Shown one piece after another: positions 58,101 through 64,000 of a stretch of DNA of 64,000 bases. Each line of letters starts with the position of its first letter. Position 1 is the stretch's first letter. The translations under genes and the position numbers were made by a program. The notes beneath the pieces are model-generated. The model did not search any database. It was not told the origin of the DNA and worked only from the letters and a program-made list of their open reading frames with translations. Source of the DNA: Macrostomum hystrix (lineage: Eukaryota; Animalia; Platyhelminthes); assembly GCA_950097015.1 (NCBI GenBank), contig CATNEN010000008.1, positions 1,240,001-1,304,000 on the forward strand, in the 5' to 3' direction.

Positions 58101-61100
58101 TGGGGTTGGCCTGGAGTGGGGTTGGCCTGTAGTGGGGTTGGCCTGGATAGGGGTTGGCCTGCAGTGGGGTTGGCCTGGAGTGGGGTTGGCCTGGAGTGGG
58201 GTTGGCCTGGAGAGGGGTTGGCCTGGAGTGGGGTTGGCCTGGAGTGGGGTTGGCTTGCAATGGGGTTGGCCTGGAGAGGGGTTGGCCTGCAGTTGGGTTG
58301 GCCTGGAGTGGGGTTGGCCTGGAGTGGGGTTGGCCTGGAGTGGGGTTGGCCTGCAGCGGGGTTGGCCTTGAGAGGGGTTGGCCTGCAGCGGGGTTGGCCT
58401 GCAGCGGGGTTGGCCTTGAGAGGGGTTGGCCTGCAGCGGGGTTGGCCTGGAGTGGGGTTGGCCTGCAGTGGGGTTGGCCTGCAGTGGGGTTGGCCTGCAG
58501 TGGGGTTGGCCTTGAGAGGGGTTGGCCTGCAGCGGGGTTGGACTGCAGTGGGGTTGGCCTGCAGTGGGGTTGGCCTGCAGTGGGGTTGGTCTGCAGTGGG
58601 GTTTTCCTGGAGTGTGGATTTTGGGTTGGCCTAGAGTGTGCTGTGTGCTTGGGGTTGGCCTGGGATGACATTTGGAAATCAATTCTACGACCGTCATTTG
58701 ATTGGCCACAAATTACAAGCAATAGTACGCAGACTAGAGTACACATAAATGCGATGACGCTCAGTTGAAAATTGGAATTGCTCCTTGCAACTACGAGTAT
58801 AGCTCAGACATTGCATCCTGACTTACCAAATCTGAAATCCAGATAAAGTAAATAATGTATTTATTATACATTCTGAATTAGGCAGTGGAATAAATTTAGA
58901 ATAATACTCGTATTTATCGTTTCCCATGGAAACAGAGGAAATCTTTTAAGTCCGATAAAATCAAACTATTCAAATACAGCACCAATGCTGAAGAAAAAAC
59001 AAGGACCTTTGTAAAGAGATACAGTTTCTGAAGTATTGATGCGTCCAGCTGGCAACTGCTCATTGCCTCGCGTCGTACTTTTATCTGATATTTTCATTGT
59101 CCAGACTGCCTTGTTAGACTTGCCCTTATTAGGGCCGTTTTTATATTTACACAACTCAACATTAATTATTCCATTCTGCCAACGATTTTAGCACGTTCAG
59201 CATGTTTGCTCAGTCTTTTCTTTGTTTTCTTCAACGAATAGCCCCCGTCAGTGCCTAAATAAGTTCTTTTCTGTAAAATCGTATAATTTATTTGACAGCT
59301 GAATTGTCATCCAACTATCAATTTCTTTTGCCGACCAAAGAAAACATTGATATTTAGGATGCGAAATAGAACCAAACCAGGTTTGGGGTTGGCCAGGAGT
59401 GAGGCTTGGGGTTGACTTGGAGTGAGGCTTGGGGTTGGCCAGGAGTGAGGCTTGGGGTTGACTAGGAGTGAGGCTTGGGGTTGGTCAGGAGAGAGACTTG
59501 GGGTTGACTTGGAGTGAGGCTTGGGGTTAGTCAGGAGAGAGACTTGGGGTTGACTAGGAGGGAGGCTTGGGGTTGACTTGGAGTGAGGCTTGGGGTTGAC
59601 TAGGAGTGAGGCTTGGGGTTTACTTGGAGTGAGGCTTGGGGTTGACTAGGAGGGAGGCTTGGGGTTGACTTGGAGTGAGGCTTGGGGTTGGTTAGGAGAG
59701 AGACTTGGGGTTGACTAGGAGGGAGGCTTGGGGTTAACTTCGAGTGAGGCTTGGGGTTGGTTAGGAGAGAGACTTGGGGTTGACTAGGAGTGAGGCTTGG
59801 GGTTGGTCAGGAGAGAGACTTGGGGTTGACTAGGAGGGAGGCTTGGGGTTGACTTGGAGTGAGGCTTGGGGTTGGTCAGGAGAGAGACTTGGGGTTGACT
59901 AGGAGGGAGGCTTGGGGTTGACTTGGAGTGAGGCTTGGGGTTGGTCAGGAGAGAGACTTGGGGTTGACTTGGAGTGAGGCTTGGGGTTGGTCAGGAGAGA
60001 GACTTGGGGTTGACTAGGAGGAAGGCTTGGGGTTGACTTGGAGTGAGACTTGGGGTTGGTCAGGAGAGAGACTTGGGGTTGACTAGGAGGGAGGCTTGGG
60101 GTTGGCTAGGAGTGAGGCTTGGGGTTGACTAGGAGTGAGGCTTGGGGTTTACTTGGAGTGAGGCTTGGCTTAAGGTTTTGATTGTCCGACTACGGATGAA
60201 TAAGCATTTTTAAGAGCTTTAAAGTGATTTTAGCGCACCATTTCATGGCAAGGTAGGCGGTGCACAGCGGATGAGTCAGCAGGTCAACCTGGTCGAACAT
60301 TAGCATGGCCTAAGAGGGTATTAAAAATAGGAAAAGTACAGTTAATTTTGTGTAAGTATGTAATAAGGTTTCCACATATATTACCTGCATGATTGGCAGG
60401 AAAATGTAGGGACTCTCGATCCTCTTTTCAAACTGGGCAATAGATTTCGGATGCACTTGCAGAATATCGAAGTGGTAGACAATCTGCAACAGACCATTTT
60501 ATTCCTATTATTTTCTGCAGACAGAATTTTGTTAAATCTCAGTATTAAATAGACTATAGGTGTCAGTAGAAGAGCGGTTGACGCGTTTGCCTCTCGCACC
60601 AAGGTCCCTGAGCTCGATTCCGCGGCGAGGCCACGTTCACTTGTTTAAGCAGCCGCAGAGAGAAGGCTTGGGGGCTTGTCGTGCAATTCACGCCCTTGAG
60701 GGCCAACCTCCAAGGCACAGTGAGAGTTTACACTGCCTGACGATGAGAAAGTCAGGGCTGATGTACACATGTGTGCTCAGGAGTCAGCGAAATGGGCAGA
60801 ATTGCCTCCTCGCTGGCTGCGGGTCTATTGTGCCCAAATGATGTGCCATTCCATTGCCCACAGCCCTCCTGCAATAATAAATATGATAAAATGAACTTAC
60901 GTCGTCATCTTCTTCGCGAATGCACCTGTCGAGTAGCATCTGATTTATGTTTTCGTTAGAAAAAATCAATTAAACCGAAAAATGTTTAAAACAGAATGTT
61001 AAAAATGTTTTAAGTTTTAATGCAGAAACCATAATAATGCTTAGATAAAAGTGGACAAAAACTTGTGCGTCATTTTTTGGCAATATTTGCGGTGTTTCCC

Positions 61101-62469
61101 TTAAATGGGCCGTTTTATTTATTAACATGAAACCTTAGATGGAAGGTTGCCTTATCATCCTTCTAATAGTTTTTTTGAAAATGTATTTTAGGCTTACTTG
61201 GGCTATTAAATAAGGATGAAAAATACAGAGAAGGTAAAATTAAAGAAAAACATTTGATTATGCTTAGGCCATAGACAAAAGTTCGATCGATCTCACCTTA
61301 GTGCAGTCAGGCAAAAACTTGATACTCTCAAAGATGGGACAATGGCCCGGTCCGACATTCCACAGAACCTCCTTCCAGCGGCTGTGCTGAATCACCACTG
61401 TGACAACCTCGCGCATCAGAGTCTTGGTGGCATAATTGATGAATAACAAGCCAGCTAAGTCCTGCAGAATTGCGGCGCCGTTAGACAGCAGGAACTCCAC
61501 CATGCTGGCCCGGCCGTGCTCGGCGGCTACGTGGAGGGCGGTTTTCTAGGAAAACAGACGGTTTTGGCACTCTTTCAATGCCGTCCGTATCCGAATTTTC
61601 TGCGATTCTTCGCTGGTTGGCTCTCAAAAATAACCCGCAAATGGTCTCCTCTTACCTCAAGCCTGTTTGTAGCGTCAATGATGCCGTGATTGACACTGAG
61701 AATGAGTTTGCCAACTTCCACATGGCCCTGCTTAGCAACCAGGTGAAGAGCCGTATCACCGTTGGTGTCTCTGAGTGCATGTTTGAAGATATATTTCATA
61801 GATATAGCGAATGCGAGCAATGAAATTATTTAATTTGCTGAAGAATGTACATCAATTTTTGCCAATAGACGCTTATTGGCTCCACGTATTACCATTAGCT
61901 TTTCCTCTCACACGATAATTGGCTGACCAATGTACATCTATAATATTCTAAAAAGCTCATTGGCTAGGGAATGCACATCCATTATCTTCTAAGAGGCTCA
62001 TTGGCTAAGGAATGTACATCCATTATCTTCTAAGAGGCTCATTGGCTAAGGAATGTACATCCATTACCTTCTAAGAGGCTCTTCTAAGAGGAATGTACAA
62101 GAATGTACATGCATGGCTAAGGCGGAGAACAGCACGGAGCTCTCACTTGAGCAGCACGGAGCCTCTCTGCAGCAGCAGTCGAGCAACCTTCAGGTGACCG
62201 CCCTCGGCAGCCAGATGCAGCGGCGACCGGCCCATCCGGTTCACGATGTTCAGCAGCGCCGGGCAGGCGTCAATCAGATTTCGGCAGATGTTGAGCCTGC
62301 CGTAGCTAGCGGCAAAGTGCAACGGCGAGCTGCTGTCAAAATTCAGCACCTGGCACTGGGCGCCAAGCTGCAGCAGGATGCCCGTGACAGCCAGGTTGCC
62401 CTTCCGCGTCGAATAGTGCAACGGCGTGCAGCCGAATGCGTCCTTCTGGTTGAGCTGCTCCGTGCACTT
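52174..62469 (-). CDS. TRPA1: TRPA1 ankyrin-repeat cation channel, 3' 14 exons (834 aa visible; 5' exons beyond the window)
   Basis: Exons 62469-62147, 61770-61656, 61545-61297, 60939-60901, 60483-60385, 60309-60239, 57752-57611, 57455-57372, 57252-57083, 56009-55850, 54309-53992, 53681-53505, 52977-52624, 52377-52174; in phase; total 2505 nt. Motifs: GCTPLHY, SPLHFAASYGRLNIC, HCPIFESIKFLPDCTKMLLDRC, LLTHPLCTAYLAMKW, KEILQIFQQ, AWVNFLLFFQRYELTGIYVIMF, pore MMMLGDVDF, S6/TRP-like PILLINLLIGLAVGDI. Confidence 0.95.
53090..53290. repeat. Degenerate ~35-bp intronic repeat GGAGTGAGGTGGCTGCTG...AAGAAA
   Basis: About 5-6 units. Confidence 0.8.
54372..55620. repeat. 23-bp minisatellite CTAGGGCTTTGGTGCCTGATACT, interrupted by a MITE
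   Basis: About 36 units before the insertion at 55208 and a few after it. Confidence 0.96.
55208..55513 (+). mobile_element. Non-autonomous hAT (Charlie-type) MITE, copy 2
   Basis: TIRs CAGGGGTCGGCAAAC / GTTTGCCGACCCCTG; TSD CTCTAGAG at 55200-55207 and 55514-55521; shares GAGGGCCGCATCTGGCCCGCGGGCCGGAG with copy 1. Confidence 0.93.
56065..57030. repeat. 17-bp minisatellite TTTGGGGAAGAGGCGTC and variants
   Basis: Fills TRPA1 intron 57082-56010; the overlapping ORFs are artefacts. Confidence 0.95.
57800..58615. repeat. 16-bp G-rich minisatellite GGGGTTGGCCTGGAGT
   Basis: About 50 units in a TRPA1 intron. Confidence 0.96.
59383..60170. repeat. 23-bp G-rich minisatellite GGAGTGAGGCTTGGGGTTGACTT
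   Basis: About 34 units in the same TRPA1 intron. Confidence 0.95.
60559..60880 (+). mobile_element. Near full-length tRNA-derived SINE in a TRPA1 intron
   Basis: GGTGTCAGTAGAAGAGCGGTTGACGCGTTTGCCTCTCGCACCAAGGTCCCTGAGCTCGATTCCGCGGCGAGGCC...GCCCTCCTGCAATAATAAA; collinear with 34489-34830. Confidence 0.88.
61940..62100. repeat. 41-bp tandem repeat CATTGGCTAAGGAATGTACATCCATTATCTTCTAAGAGGCT
   Basis: About 3-4 units. Confidence 0.85.
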
Positions 62470-62726
62470 CTGTTTAGCAATTGTTATTTTATAACCCGGT
62501 TGCTTGCTAATTTATTTTCTAAATCTAGGAAACCTCAGGTAACTACTTAGATAGCCGATTTCCCCAAAATCATAGATTTTTCCTAAAAATAATGTTTCCC
62601 CCAAAATTGTCATGTTTTGACAAAAGCATTTATTTTTCCAAAGTAATCGAGATCTGAGATTTTACAAAAGTTTCCCTCAAAATCAACTTTTTATTTAAAA
62701 ATCATTCGCTGACAATGAAATTAATA

Positions 62727-64000
62727 TGGGATCAGAGCGAAGTGGGGATCAGAGCGAAGTTGGGATCTGAGCGAAGTTGAGATCTGAGGGAAGTTGGGAT
62801 CAGAGCGAAGTTGGGATCTGAGGGAAGTTGGGATCTGAGCGAAGTTGTTATAAGAGCGAAGTTGGGATCTGAGCGAAGTTAGGATCTGAGGGAAGTTGGG
62901 ATCTGAGGGAAGTTGGGATCAGAGCGAAGTTGGGATCAGAGCGAAGTTGGGATCTGAGCGAAGTTGGGATCTGAGCGAAGTTGGGATCAGAGCGAAGTTG
63001 GGATCAGAGCGAAGTTGGGATCAGAGCGAAGTTGGGATCTGAGCGAAGTTGGGATCTGAGCGAAGTTGGGATCAGAGCGAAGTTGGGATCAGAGCGAAGT
63101 TGGGATCTGAGCGAAGTTGGGATCTGAGGGAAGTTGGGATCTGAGGGAAGTTGGGATCAGAGCGAAGTTGGGATCTGAGGGAAGTTGGGATCTGAGCGAA
63201 GTTGGGATCTGAGCGAAGTTGGGATCTGAGGGAAGTTGGGATCTGAGCGAAGTTGGGATCAGAGCGAAGTTGGGATCAGAGCGAAGTTGGGATCAGAGCG
63301 AAGTTGGGATCAGAGCGAAGTTGGGATCTGAGCGAATTTGGGATCTGAGGGAAGTTGGGATCTGAGCGAAGTTGTTATAAGATCGAAGTTGGGATCTGAG
63401 CGAAGTTGGGATCTGAGGGAAGTTGGGATCTGAGCGAAGTTGGGATCTGAGGGAAGTTGGGATCTGAGCGAAGTTGGGATCTGAGGGAAGTTGGGATCTG
63501 AGCGAAGTTGGGATCTGAGGGAAGTTGGGATCTGAGCGAAGTTGGGATCTGAGGAAAGTTGGGATCTGAGCGAAGTTGGGATCTGAATGAAGTTGGGATC
63601 TGAGCGAAGTTGTGATAAGAGCGAAGTTGGGATCTGAGGGAAGTTGGGATCTGAGGAAAGTTGGGATCTGAGGGAAGTTGGGATCTGAGCGAAGTTGGGA
63701 TCTGAGCGAAGTTGGGATCTGAGGGAAGTTGGGATCTGAGCGAAGTTGGGATCTGAGGAAAGTTGGGATCTGAGCGAAGTTGTGATAAGAGCGAAGTTGG
63801 GATCTGAGGAAAGTTGGGATCTGAGCGAAGTTGGGATCTGAGGAAAGTTGGGATCTGAGCGAAGTTGTGATAAGAGCGAAGTTGGGATCTGAGGAAAGTT
63901 GGGATCTGAGCGAAGTTGGGATCTGAGGAAAGTTGGGATCTGAGCGAAGTTGGGATCTGAGCGAAGTTGGGATCTGAGGGAAGTTGGGATCTGAGCGAAG
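62727..64000. repeat. 17-bp minisatellite GGGATCTGAGCGAAGTT running off the window
   Basis: More than 70 units. Confidence 0.97.

Noticed and set aside
58820-58875. Strong donor (TTG|GTAAGT, minus strand) in a TRPA1 intron as a poison exon, plus nearby short open frames at 58966-59330
   Set aside because: No homology, the canonical 60239-to-57752 junction is already in phase, and only transcript data could support it.
60733-60765. CTGACGA...GAAA in the SINE body as a hammerhead ribozyme core
   Set aside because: There is no stem II between the motifs, no stem III with a cleavage triplet, and copy 34489 has CTGATAA; a simple hairpin explains it.

Overview
Eukaryotic (metazoan) genomic DNA containing six spliced protein-coding loci set among about 28 unrelated minisatellite arrays (about 25 kb, roughly 40% of the window) and several small transposon or SINE insertions. 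The style (GC-rich exons with poly-Q/poly-A runs, intronic 8-62 bp minisatellites, one 32-nt intron) suggests a flatworm such as Macrostomum; this is inference only. I rebuilt exon chains by hand from GT-AG sites and reading phase. In order: (1) a two-exon acidic protein with a CS/p23-like domain (+); (2) a complete six-exon GnRH/AKH-type peptide GPCR (-); (3) a casein-kinase-1-like fragment (+) with no visible C-lobe; (4) an eight-exon JIP3/JIP4-like RH1-LZII-RH2 adaptor (-) that lacks the C-terminal WD40 region and has a 1-nt frameshift; (5) a 19-exon WD40 protein of about 1500 aa (+); (6) the 3' 14 exons of a TRPA1 channel (-), whose 5' part runs off the window. Mobile DNA comprises six copies of a tRNA-derived SINE, two hAT/Charlie MITEs with NTCTAGAN target duplications, a Mutator-like MITE with a 9-bp TSD, a further MITE-like family and a ~1.3 kb foldback palindrome. 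Most long ORFs in the supplied track are artefacts of the tandem repeats. There is no CRISPR array, rRNA or intact tRNA.
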